Shown here one piece after another: positions 41,401 to 54,000 of a stretch of DNA of 64,000 nt. Within the stretch, counting starts at the first letter, position 1. The number at the start of each line of letters is the position of its first letter. Made by a program: the position numbers and the translations under genes. Source of the DNA: Trichoplax adhaerens (taxonomy: Eukaryota > Animalia > Placozoa); NCBI RefSeq assembly GCF_000150275.1, contig NW_002060943.1:9642209-9706208 (forward strand). Reading direction: 5' to 3'. The notes beneath the pieces were generated by a model that did not search any database, was not told where the DNA came from, and saw nothing but the letters and a program-made list of their open reading frames with translations.

Positions 41401-42946
41401 TCAGCAATTCGAACATGTTTGTCTCTGTTAAGTTAAAGTGTACATTAGCATACAACGTTTTGACTGCGGTAAAAACAAAAGGTCAAGACTGGTGTCATTA
41501 CAACTATGACACATTTATAATTTTTGTATGATAATTAATCTGTTTCAGAAATAGATTAACAGTAAATTAAAAATTTTAGATACTCTAATTTTTCTTGTTT
41601 TCTTCTTAACTCCAGGGCTTGATCATAATCATTAGGCCTTAAAGGTTCGTATTCGTGCCGAATATCTGCTAGTGATGCTTCAGTTTCTTCAAATGGTTCA
41701 TCACCGTGATTTACAGCGAAATCAATAGTCTAACATTTAGTGATTCATATCAATTACAATTTAGAATTAATCACTCAATTACATGATTGAGAATGACATA
41801 ATATTTCGAAACACGATGGTGAATCAAGAGCTAAATTTATAGAAACAATGTTGATATTTCTAGCTTACGTGCTCAGCTGGTGCACGAGATAATGGATTAA
41901 ATCCTGCAGTAGTTGCGTTCTCACGCACTGCATCTAACGCCTATTTCAGTTAAATTGAAAAGTAATTTAATTTACCATTACGCATTCTTGCGATAGTAGT
42001 ACAATGAAATGCTTTAAAACCAAATTTAATACCTGATAATATTATAAGAATTAATTTACCAACAGACATTAAACAGAAATATTTATAATATACATTGCAG
42101 TACCATAAATTCTACATTGCCTACACTGTACGTTAAGGGTTAATGAAATCACTGTAGCCATAAATAATACCTGTGGGGGATATTTATTCGAATGTATAAT
42201 CGGCATTGTGGTTCCTGATTTTGGCTTTTGCTACAGGAATTAATATATTAAAAGTTTTTTTAAAAGATTATCCTAGTTAACGAGGCTAACAATCATACTG
42301 AAGAATAATAATTATAAATAGCATCGGAATTAAGTATCACTTTAAAATCTTATAAACTGTTCACCTATACCATGAAGTACTAGCAATGTACCCGGCATTA
42401 TACCGGTATATTATAGTAAAATAATAGTTCGCGATACCATTTGTTTACTTGATTCCGCAATTTTTCGACGTTGAATTTGCGTTTGTAAGAGCTTGTAATT
42501 TGAAGACCAGTTCGCTAACGTTAAAAAATTACTGGTTTAGAGTTCAAATCTACAAGTTTATTATTCAGTAATATTTATTCCCATTCTATTTTGCGATAGA
42601 CAAGACTTGCATTACTATGAGCTTGTTTATTTTGTATCAAAGTATTCTAACATCCAGTGTTTACCAGAAACCCTAGAAATTCTAGGTTCACCAGCTGATA
42701 TAACGTAATAAAAGAGTATGAAATCGCAATGAGTGAATGCATGGACTCCTAAAAAAGACCTTTCGTTGTCCACGGTGAATATGGCGGCGATAATTAATTA
42801 TCAATACAGTTATAGCACGTACCAATTTCAGGTCCGGAACCATTATTACTTCGCTTCTCAGTACTTCCTTCATCAGGTACCGAATTTACTACAGCAAAAG
42901 GAGAAACCGTTGTATCAATACCGCCAACACCATCGTACAGAGACAT
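38500..42946 (-). CDS. RBM17: Splicing factor 45 (G-patch + C-terminal UHM/RRM), multi-exon
   Basis: MSLYDG start; NWSSNYKLL; EYEPLRPNDYD; AAIAPPSSL; G-patch IMAKYGWKEGEG|LGKDGQGISRAL; UHM GEVDDDLEPEIAEECNSYG...AVRIFVEF...ALNGRYFGGR. Confidence 0.92.
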
Positions 42947-43064
42947 TCTGTATCAGATATTGCCAGATATTTGCAGGCTATGTTCTCTCACGCTTTCCAG
43001 TTAATTCTTATTCTGCAATTTGCAGAAAGGCCTGCTTAACAAATTAATAATAAATTACAGTAAC

Positions 43065-43520
43065 CTACTGTACTGTACGTAAATTAATAATACTGTACAG
43101 TACAGTACAGTGTACAGTATTTAAACTGTACTGTACTGTACACTGTACAGTACAATACATTGTACAGTACATTGCGGATTGTGGTACAGTTCAGTACTGC
43201 AGTGTCTACAGTACAGTGTACTGTACTGTACTGTATACAGTACAGTATCAGATCATGGAGATCTACAGTACTGTACTGTACAGTAGACCCTTCAGATTTA
43301 AATTGATGTTCAGAATTTTATATGCTGAAACGCCTCAAACGATGCATCGTTTGATCATGGTTTGAGACGTTTCAGGCTGTCAGCATACATACAGTACAGT
43401 ACGGTAATTCTAAATATGAAGTTAAGATCTGAACTGTACAGTACTGTACAGTACAGTACATCATGGTCTATGGAATGGACTGTACAGCACACTCATGTAC
43501 CGTACAGTACTGTATAACTT
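43065..43520. repeat. (TACAG)n island with a nested inverted repeat in the RBM17-RAP divergent promoter
   Basis: Dense tacag/ctgta arrays flank the palindrome at 43335-43354. Confidence 0.9.
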
Positions 43521-43633
43521 CGTCTTGTGCTGTCTCTCAAAACATTTTGGCGTAATTTCTCAGCTAAAAGATTGCGAATTTAAGCATAAAGAAGCAACAG
43601 CAGCGAATTATAGTATGATTATTTGATTATAGC

Positions 43634-46307
43634 ATGTTTCGTGATGGAAGTAATTTCTTTAACACTATCGCTAACTTCAGTCTTACCATTCGTAATCGTA
43701 TTTTCACACGGCAATTCAAAATTGGCATGATAGTTCAAGTTTCTCGTAAAAAGATTGCACTGACTAACGCGATACAAACAGCTGATAGCCAGGCTGCTGT
43801 AATGAATGTATTCTTGAGAAATCGGTGTTGTTTTGATAATGTGCATTTATCCAAATCTTTCAAAAAATTAGCTAAATTGCCTAATGAAGCTTTACTGATA
43901 AATAATCCAATTTTTAAGGATATGTGCAAACTCACAGAGACACGACTCCAAGTTATGAGCACTAGAAGTATCGAAGAGATCACATATTCGATTTTAAATT
44001 TAGTAACTAGCTGCAGAGGAAAGTTGCCACTCGTGTACGGAAGCCTATCCACAATTGTTTTCGACACTGTTACTGAAAGAATGAAGGAATTTAAGTGTGC
44101 ACAGTTAGCGTGTATTTGTTATTGCTTTCACCGAATGAATAACAGTATCCTGAACGTTACCTTTCTAAACAAAGTATCGGATCACCTTCAAAACCAAGTG
44201 TTGGAATGTACAAAAGTATGGCCTATCATGCATCTATATTTAGTTTATTGTAGTAGAAGTGAAACATACTCCATAAATGACAACTTAAAGAAAAGGCTTA
44301 TATATTTAATACCTCAATTTACAATTTATCAAACTGCATTTATTTTATCGGCTATAGCCAAGCTTGACTTTTGCAATGACAACACTGACCGTCTCATAGA
44401 AAGATTTATCCATCACTCCATACCGATATTGGATAAATGCAATCTGCACGATTTATCAGACTTAACGTGGTCACTCGCAAAACTGGAATATCCTCGCAAA
44501 GATGTTGTAGAAGCCTATCTAGGCTATGCTATTAAAGGTTTAAGTAGCGGAACTGTAAACTCGAAGTATTTCGCCAAATTGGCATGGTCATTTGCAAAAT
44601 TAGGCATTACTGATCATAAGATATATGCTTTAATTTCTAGACAAATTCTTTCGAATTATAATAGAGATATTCCAATCCGACATCTTATTAATACTGCATG
44701 GGCATTTGCTACTGGTGGTTTTTTAGATCTAGTTTGTTATGATAACATTAGTAATAAGCTGTTTCGAAAAGCCGATAAAATGAATGAACAGGATATATCG
44801 AATATTACTTGGGCTTTCGCATTAACTGGTTACAGAAATGAAAAACTACAAAATAAAGTTGCAGATACAGTAATAGGATTAATACATCATATCAATTCGA
44901 GCAACCTTTCTACAATTACTTGGGGCTTTGCAATCTTACGATGTAGCAACTATCATTTATTCGATATTATTGCTGCCGAAACAATTAAGAGAATAAAATC
45001 AACGAATTCTAGCTTCAGTAGATTTCAACCTGGCCATTTACTTCTTTTAGTTTGGTCACTCATTGTAGCGAACGTTTTTTCTCAAATTTTAATAAGAATA
45101 GTTTTGCATCCTATTTTCGTTGAACATTACCTGAAAGGTAAGGTAGCTACAAATATTCACGAATATTCGTTTCAGGGCCTTCGACTAAAAGCCAAGGATA
45201 ATATTTAGCATACTGTTGTACACGTCTTGATAACTTGATGTCTTTTGATTAAATGTAATTTATAGGAGCAAACAAACTACAGCAGTGTCAGTTATATCAA
45301 ATCCACATGGCTGCAAAGTTGAAAGCCATTGAAGTTGGAGGCGGTTTGATTCCGAATCATTTATATCACCTCTATGGTACGTTTGCAAATAGGCCCACAT
45401 CAACGTCCGAATTTGAGAACGACATTCTCTCATGCTTGATTTCCGGAAGTAAAATTAGAGATTTTGCTCTAACAAACACCAAGTTTCACTTCGGGTACAG
45501 CGTTGACTACATTATAAAAATTAGAGACTCGGACCACCATAATAATAAAAGTAATTGAACAGAATTTTACCCAATTTTATTTTAAAAATAACTTTCGTAA
45601 TATAGCTTAATTTGCCTAAAAATTGAAGTACGTAAAGGGAATTAACCTATGGCACAGTAGAAGATACTACTTATACAGTATTGCTGTATATCTTGATATT
45701 ATTATTTTTATTTTACTGATTAATATTATTTATAATACTGGATTTTTCGTCAGGTAATCTGCTATATAACCATGATAAGAGGCATACATATGTTGCAATA
45801 GAAGCTGATGGACCAAGCCATTTTTCGTGCAACCAGCCTTACGTTAACCTAGGGCAAACTGTCTTGAAGCAAAGGCACCTTAAACAAATGGGATTTGCTT
45901 TCGCTCAGGTTAGTTCAAAAGTCTTGAATAGAAGCATGCAAATCTTGAAGGAAATACTAAACTAACTTGCTTTAATATGGTAAATAAAACCTAAACCCTG
46001 ATTAATATAAATTGTGCATAATGAATTAAGGAAATCAAACAAATTTTACGTAACAAAGAATTATAAAACTAATAAAGAATTTGTATACATTCGATTTGTT
46101 ATCTTACTCTCGATTTAAGACTCCGACTATGTTCAATGCTAAAAGTGTATGAAAGTAATTATGCAATTAATAGTTTACTAGTATTAATATAATTTAATAC
46201 ATAATGTCTCCTTCAATTCTTAGATAGCATATCACGAATGGATGACGCTTAATAACAAAGATGAAAAGATTTCTTATTTATTGGAAAAGATTGATGCTGC
46301 CCTGTAA
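43634..46307 (+). CDS. RAP-domain helical-repeat protein (FASTK/HPR/OPR-like, probable mitochondrial RNA-binding protein)
   Basis: Basic N-terminus resembling a targeting peptide; repeats of about 37 aa with 'W(S/A/G)(F/L)A' cores; RAP motif YVAIEADGPSHF...LKQRHLKQMGF...IAYHEW; stop at 46305-46307. Confidence 0.8.
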
Positions 46308-47407
46308 TTGCTTATGCAGTATTCCTTTAACTAAGGTTGAGTCATGATCTATACATCGACTGACATGAGGTAGCTACGCAACTGATTCTACTGACATATG
46401 CAACGGCCAAAATGTACGGGCACAATCAAATAATTGTGTTATCATTTAGATGAATACTTAATTGCTCTGAATTATAAGTGTAAATATGCATGATTCGTTT
46501 TAAAAATATGCTCAATGATCCATTAGCTTCTCTTTGCTGGAGGTCAAACACTAAGAAGTTTAGCTTTTTAGCGAACATTAGTAATATAGCTGAAGTAATA
46601 AATAAACGAGTATCGAGTAAGCTAGTTTGGTCAATTTGAGCGTAGGAAGACATCGCATGATGAATCGACACCCAATATATAATGCGACCAAATGAAGATA
46701 TAGATGCTGGTAAACACCTGTTCATCTATCCGTAGATATGTCTTTGGCTTCAGATTCGGAGAAAACACAGTTCTCTGTCGACTCTCGTACACCAGTGTGT
46801 AACGTGTGAGGCAAACCGTATCGTATTTATGATACTTTTGAATATGACTTTACTAGAAGGTCAATTATCAAATCTTGTAGTAATTGCATGACTTAATATT
46901 CATGAATTAAGAGCTTAGTTACACAGTACAAATGCCGATGGCGTGCTTTAACTTAAAGATCGTTAAAGGTGAATTGAAAAATATGAAGATATTGTGCTTA
47001 ACAATCAGGGTAGGGCGACAGATAGTGAAATACTATTTTACAGCTTATGGCAAAGTATAGCACCGCAAGTTTATGTCACAGTAGACTACTGTAGAATGCA
47101 TGCATCTTATGACAGATTAATACATTTTCAGCGTAGATGGTTCAATTTTACCATCGACTTCAAGCTTGAATCAATTACGCTACTGAATATCGACTTTGCC
47201 TAAATTAATCGAAGACCGTAATACGTCTGAAGATTGCGGTATTATGCTCTACTAATACACAATATATAAGAAAAGATTACAGCATAACGATAGGTTCTAG
47301 GGATTAGATCAGCATAGCGTCGCTATATAAGGGGTACGAATGATCTACATTTGCTAGTATCAAATGGTCTCCGTGGGACTTTATTAGATAATATTGTTCT
47401 TATGCTA

Positions 47408-49843
47408 TCATAATTCTACATGCTTTCTCTTCAAATCTTCGATTTTCTTGATAAAGTCCGTCTTTTCTACACATCCTTTGCAATCTTCATCCCAGTTATT
47501 CAAGATTTTCTTTAGATCTTTAACTCTCAGTTTCTTCAAATTAACATTCTTCAAATCGATCTTTTTATCTACTCCGATCAAAATAAAAATTCTGTCAGAT
47601 AATAACGAAATTATTTGAGTCTGGGTATCATTAACTTGCTACCAGGAGAAACAAATACAGGAATAAATATGTTAGCAGCGCAACTGCACTAAACGATGAT
47701 TAGGTGTATTTCCTATAGTACTGTATACTGTATTCAGATATGCGAAAGAATAGCAATATAATATGGTTGAAGCTAGTGAAGTTATCTTGAGGTATAATAT
47801 ACTAATGAATATAAAGACACATACTACGGTTCCAAACAACATGAATACCACAACATTACTGTAATTAACCTGCAATACGTAGATTGATTAATAATTATGC
47901 TATATAGTTAATGGATATTTGTTGTCAACACATCCAGCTAACTATAGTACAGTTATGGATCAACTAACTGATACTTTAGTAATCTGCGGTACAGAGCAGT
48001 TAGTGTATACTTAGGCTAATAGATTGATATACTAGTGACTGAGTCAAGTTTCGAATGCAAATAATTTACAGTTCAAGGCTATAAAAAGATTTTACGATCG
48101 AATCATATAGTACATTTAGGAATAGGCTTATACGCATTTTATCATGAAATTAGGTCATTCTATTCCTACAATCATTAGAAACGCAAATATTACAGTAATT
48201 CATATTACTAGCGTGTTGAAGTAATTACCGTATTTCAATTCACAAATTTGCGTATCTTTTTTCTTAAGCTTTTCACATATTTTCTCCGTAGGTATGCTGT
48301 AGCTAATAGGTTTGGTTATTTCATTCAAGATCTTTGTAGCTGCGTCACTCGTACCGCCCAAATAATAACACTATAAATTCGGATTATCGATTTTTATATG
48401 CGGTAATTAACATTCATAAGCTGTAAGCAAACTAAAGAGAGTAATATAGTAAACGCTTACGAATCGATTATCTTTGCCAGATGCCTTTCCACAAGTCTTT
48501 ATGAACTCTTTCTCAATAAGACTTACATTTTCTTTGACAGACGGCGTTAAAGTTTCAGTAAATTTTTTAAGAAATTGAATACAAACTGTAATAAAATAAA
48601 ATAAAATAAATTAATGGATACATTTTTATTATCAGTATTAATATAAGGCAAAAACTGATATTACATTTCTATGTAAATGAACGACACAATGACATTAATA
48701 ATTAGTTATTTAGTATTATTCGACTATTAGGTGTAGTTAAAACAATAATTTTTCACTATCTATGAATAGATAAAAAATAACTAGTGGTGCAACGCTGCAG
48801 GAGCATAAGGGACTACTAATAATAATTACTATTAAAGAAATATCTGCAACTGTTCACGATTGACATCCAAATTAGCTACTAGGTTTTAAAATCAATTAAG
48901 ACCGAATCAAGATATACCGCAAATTTTAAGAGCCGTGACTGCCTTAAGTTGGCGTTCAACTACATTCCAAACTCCACAATTTCAGATTTAAATTTGAATC
49001 GATGTAATGGATTTAATCTATCTATATCGCTAGTAATATGAAATACCTGTACTGTATTTGTACTGTATTACAGCATGAGCGATCAGCTATGGTTGATACT
49101 CAGTCAATTCAGAACTGATGTGATGTGAGTTCGTGGGCTAAAAGGCCAAGAACCAACCACTCAGACCAGAGACAACAACCCAGTCTCAATCAATATAGGC
49201 GAAATAGGGCTTAGGACAGGTACTAATGAGCGAACATACTGAGCAAACTACAGTGGTACGCACATACAGTACTGTAGGCGCATTCTCCGCTGCATGATAT
49301 TGTGTTCACCGTTTTTGCCTTGGCTTACTACACTGTATACTGTACTAGTGTACTGTACACTGTACATACAGTGTACGGTGAGTATAAATAAAGAAAATAA
49401 TAATATTGTAATTCTTATACCTATCCTTACATTACATTAAAACATCGTTGCCTGCGTGTAGAAACTGTCAGATAAACGTGGTATATATCAGTGTTAATAA
49501 CACTGGTATATATTCCTAATAAAATTATAGTACTGTATATTACGTTAGGGTTAGTTTCGGTGAGGTGTGAAATCGTCGATGCTCGATCCAAGCGAGCGGG
49601 TTTGTAGGTACCACGCGAAGTACAGTACAGTACAGTATAACGAGCGAGGGATGTACTGTAAAGTATGAATACGCGTATAGAGTACAGTACATGTTATACG
49701 GTAGTATATTTTATTCTAAGTAGTTAAAATTTACCTTCGCAGTCACCTTCTGCTAGCTTGCCTTGTACTGCATCGTAATTAAAGAAAGGAGCCAATAGTA
49801 GCACCTGCATTAATATACACCATATCGATACTTTCGTCTGCAT
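47408..49843 (-). CDS. MANF: Mesencephalic astrocyte-derived neurotrophic factor (ARMET family), 4 exons; intron 1 = 48586-49734
   Basis: Signal peptide [18 protein letters not shown]; GDCEVCIQFL; [20 protein letters not shown]; [24 protein letters not shown]; [12 protein letters not shown]; [10 protein letters not shown]; C-terminal HVEL* (KDEL-like). Confidence 0.95.
49061..49620 (-). ncRNA. Candidate telomerase RNA (H/ACA-type) nested in MANF intron 1; ends approximate
   Basis: Template CUAACCCUAAC (49554-49544). Three nested long-range helices enclose it. 3' hairpin with a UGAG loop, preceded by ACAUCA (H-box pattern) and followed by ACA. Pseudoknot and P6.1 not resolved. Confidence 0.45.
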
Positions 49844-50304
49844 TTGAAATAAACGTGTGAAGATTTCGAATACTACAGTACAATAAAAAAAATTGCAATA
49901 AATGAATTAACAGTGATATTACTGAATAGTGGAAGACATAAGACGTAAGCAATGAAAGATGGTACACATTATATATAATTTACTCACTACACTTGAACAG
50001 TATAGTATAATTTAATTGGGATATAATTTATATATCGATCAAAACTACTATAATTATTAATTGTGAACACGTACATGTACAGTTCAGTAACAGTTCTGTA
50101 CAATTCAAATGTAACAGCAAAGACATTTATATTATTATTATTATTAATAAGACAAGATTATTATTTTTATCTATATGTTTACGTATAGTTAATACTTCCT
50201 ACTTATCACTAACTAGTTATCTGATATACCAAACAAAGTTTAAGTAAAAGAACGGGGAAGCTTTTCAGTTTAGTCAAGCAATCAAGTTGTTCCTAGATTT
50301 GATT

Positions 50305-50700
50305 ATACTGTACTGTACAGTAAACTCAGTAACGCATCAATTTGATTCGAAATATTTCTCATACGATTCTTGTAATATCGTACTGTACGTACAGTACAGT
50401 ACACGGTAATCGAAGGAACATTCAGTACTTGTACGACTGATACAGTACAGTGTACTGTATGCACTGTACTGTACTGTACTGTACCGTACGTACAGTATAT
50501 TGTACAGTACAGTACAGCGGCACACTGCACCGTAAATTACCGTCCTGCATACAGTACTGGACAGTGTACGTACTGTACAGTGTACAGTACTATACTGGAC
50601 AGTACGTGGCAGTTCAGTACAGTACTGTACAAGTGTACAGTACATGTTGCCTACTGTATGTGGGGGTTTATATATGTTTGTACTGCAACTACTGTGCTAT
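50305..50700. repeat. (TACAG)n island in the MANF-TBC1D22 divergent promoter
   Basis: Long degenerate tacag/ctgta array; generates spurious Y-C-T-V ORFs. Confidence 0.9.
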
Positions 50701-51034
50701 TACAGGCTTTATTTGCAGCAACGCGGCGGCATACGAGGAAAAGTGATGGTCACTGAATTTACGACTTCTAAATTAAGCATCTAAAGATTGTACTACTGTA
50801 GATTGAATCTTAACATACCCTTTTCTGATGAAAGCTTGTGTTGAATATAAATTTGCGACCTCAGTGAATTGCGTCGTACAGCAGCGAAGGTGCTAAGCCT
50901 ATGTGTAGCACGGCTTATAGATACAGTAGAGTATAGTAGTATTATAACTAATTATTCAGTTATATTCCACACCATCGGAGTTCCGATGGTATGCCATTTG
51001 GTTGTACTGCAGCTAATAACATATTGTACAGCAA

Positions 51035-54000
51035 ATGAGTGGACGAAACACTACCGGACGCGTCCATACTAGATACGCGCAGCCGCTGCCGTCGGCTGAA
51101 AACTATAGTCCAAGCCGAAAAGCTGGCTTCTGGAAGCGTAACGCCATTCGCGTGCCAGGAGGGTAAGTTATTTCCTTTAGCCTTACGTATTGCACTACTA
51201 TATAATTAAATCAAAGTTCCTTCTTGAAATAAATATATGTGAAATCAGCATACGACGTATACGCGTGTTTGTACTGCTGATAATTAATTATAATAATACT
51301 AATACCAATTAAAATTACGGAGGGTGAAAAACCCTATGCAGTACAGTACTGTAATGCCTCCATATCGTATGAGTAGTTACTAGAGAGCTCATCTCTTTTC
51401 AAATTCCGTATATTTATTTACCAGTGTAATCAATTACTATTTATTGTAAACATAACTATCAGCATCGAATCCTGCCCGCGTAAGTGTAAGAAAACACTGC
51501 GGCAACACTACATTGTAAGTTTAGTAATACTGCAGCTATCAGCGTAATACTCAATTTTTTGGTTTGAGTACAGTAGTTCTGGATATACAGTATACAGTAG
51601 TACATACGTAGATAGTCTGTACCAGGTCTGTACATTATTTTACTGTACAGTAGCATTGCTTGACCTTTTACGGAATACCACACCGAGCATCCCGTAATCT
51701 GTATAACTATGGTATAACATATATGAAATGCAATTGAAAAAGTTCAATGCGTTCATTAAACTGGTCAACACGTACTGCAACAACATATTTGCCAAGCTTT
51801 AAAGAAATTGGCTAAGATTTTCGATATGCATCAGGCAAATTCAGCTTAAATCTTGACCAATTTCTTGTAAGACTTTAAAAGTGTGATGATTTATACATCG
51901 CAATCCATTATCATACTGTATATATCAGTGATCTAGTAATGTCAGCGAAGATTAAATTGTGGATTGATGGATTATATATATACGAATATACAGTATAATC
52001 ATATGTACTGTAATTGTATACTGTAATAAAAATAATAATAAAGTATAAAACTTTCCAAGCCCGAAGCAGGTCAATGCTTGAAATTGTTGTTTAAATGTTA
52101 TTAATTTACTAACTTTAATTACATCATCGCATTCAGAGAAAATGATATTTCAATTACATATTATATAACTTCAATATTAAAATCTGCTTGGCTGTTACTA
52201 AGGATTAAATAAAATTCTATATTTTCGCGATTACGAAATCAATGACATTCATAGGATCGCTTGTAACAGAAAAAAAATTTCTGTGATTTAAATTACGCAT
52301 TGATTTCATTTTCGTAAATGTAGGATATACATAAGGTAACAGACGTTATCGTGAATATCTTTAATATTATTTTGGAGCAGCTACTTTTATAATAAAACTT
52401 AAATTAGTATATTCAATTAGCGTTCTTCCGTTGCATATGATATAAAAAAAGTTACTGAATTTATAAGATTGTAAGACTTTACTCAGCCATTGTGTAACTT
52501 CAGGATTTACCATAGCAAACAAAAGCCCTAGGCTGCCTATTAATAGACTCAAATAAGCGAGGAACTACTAGTGCAGTAATGCAATGCTTATAAATAGAGT
52601 TTATCTCATATTATCGTATTTATCACCTATCAATAATGACTTAATTTGAGAACTGGTGAGTCGTTACTGACAGTAAATGTATTAAATTATTGTTTTCCTA
52701 CTCTACACCTAATATTGAAGTGTGTAGCATAACGGTCAAATCTACAAGTACTGAAAGGTTGTAATTCTGCATATTCTTAACCGCTTTACTGTAATTCGCT
52801 CGGATACGAGTGGATTTAGTTTGCTCTATACTGTATGCACTTACTGTATGCGTTATTAAACGTTTATCAATGTCAATATTATCGTTAGCTCGATTGAGAG
52901 TTTCTACTGATAAACCTTCGTTAACACAATGATACTAAAGCTATGTAAGTGTCATATATATATATCATATAAGTATTCATAACGATCATTTCTCTGTCAT
53001 TATTATACATAGTGTCAAACCAATGCCTAGCAGTCACTATCCACAAACGCAAAGGTAAACCGTTTACAATTGTGTTATTGGAAAATGGGTCTTATGCTAT
53101 CCTTTTTAATCAGTCTAATAACTAACGTTATTCTCAATATATGCACTACCATGTGTATATAGATACTTATAAATGAAGTTATTTATAGTTCTAGTAGGTA
53201 CACTTCACTGTTAGATATAGACTGTTATTGCGGAATATATATAGTACACATACGGTGTATGTTGCACTAGCTGACTAGTAATATTATTACTTTCAAGTCC
53301 TGATTGGGTGATCGAACTTTCTATAGAGTATACTTATTAGGGAAGCAGAGGGAATAACACTGTACAATAAATCCAACTTTCTTCTCTCTGTTCAAATACG
53401 AGAATGTTTATCTTAAAAGAAATTACTACATTTATGCGTATTTACTGTGGAGGACTTTTTATATTGTGAAAGTCGCAATTCTACTTAGTGCTTGTATTTC
53501 AATTCATTGCGAAATCACCGTTTAGGCTAAGATATATTTTGTTATTACCGTATTACGGTCTGTTAAAAAGTTAACTGTGGTTCTTCATTTCGATACTTAC
53601 GCGCTATTTGATATAGAAGCTTTTATAAAGATAAGATTAGAACAGATACAGTGCTGTACACCGTACTGTACAGCACAATGTACGGTAGTAATCTCATTTC
53701 ATTGCTTCCCCGTCATTTATTCGTCACTGTCCAGTAAATTCCGGCTATAATTAAATATTGTTAGCGAATGCGAAATATATCAATATTTTTTACATTACTT
53801 AGAATTGAAGCCTGCGTTACACTTTGTGTAATAACAGTACATACATATTACTGTATTACTTTGTTACAAATTTTATATTACGTTAGCAACATACTGTAGA
53901 GTAAATACCCACTTATGAATATAAAAGTATTGATACTCTAACGGTCTTCACACCTGAGCTTTACAGAATTTTAATATTGCTGCATAATTTATATGAAAAG

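Noticed and set aside
49200-49215. AAATAGGGCTTAG resembling the RNase MRP 3' P4 strand on the plus strand
   Set aside because: No matching 5' P4 motif (GAAAGTCCC-like) found upstream.
50303-50746. ORFs rich in Y/C/T/V/Q/S on both strands (also 25346-25597, 32890-33111, 61922-62163)
   Set aside because: These are translations of TACAG microsatellite islands, not proteins.
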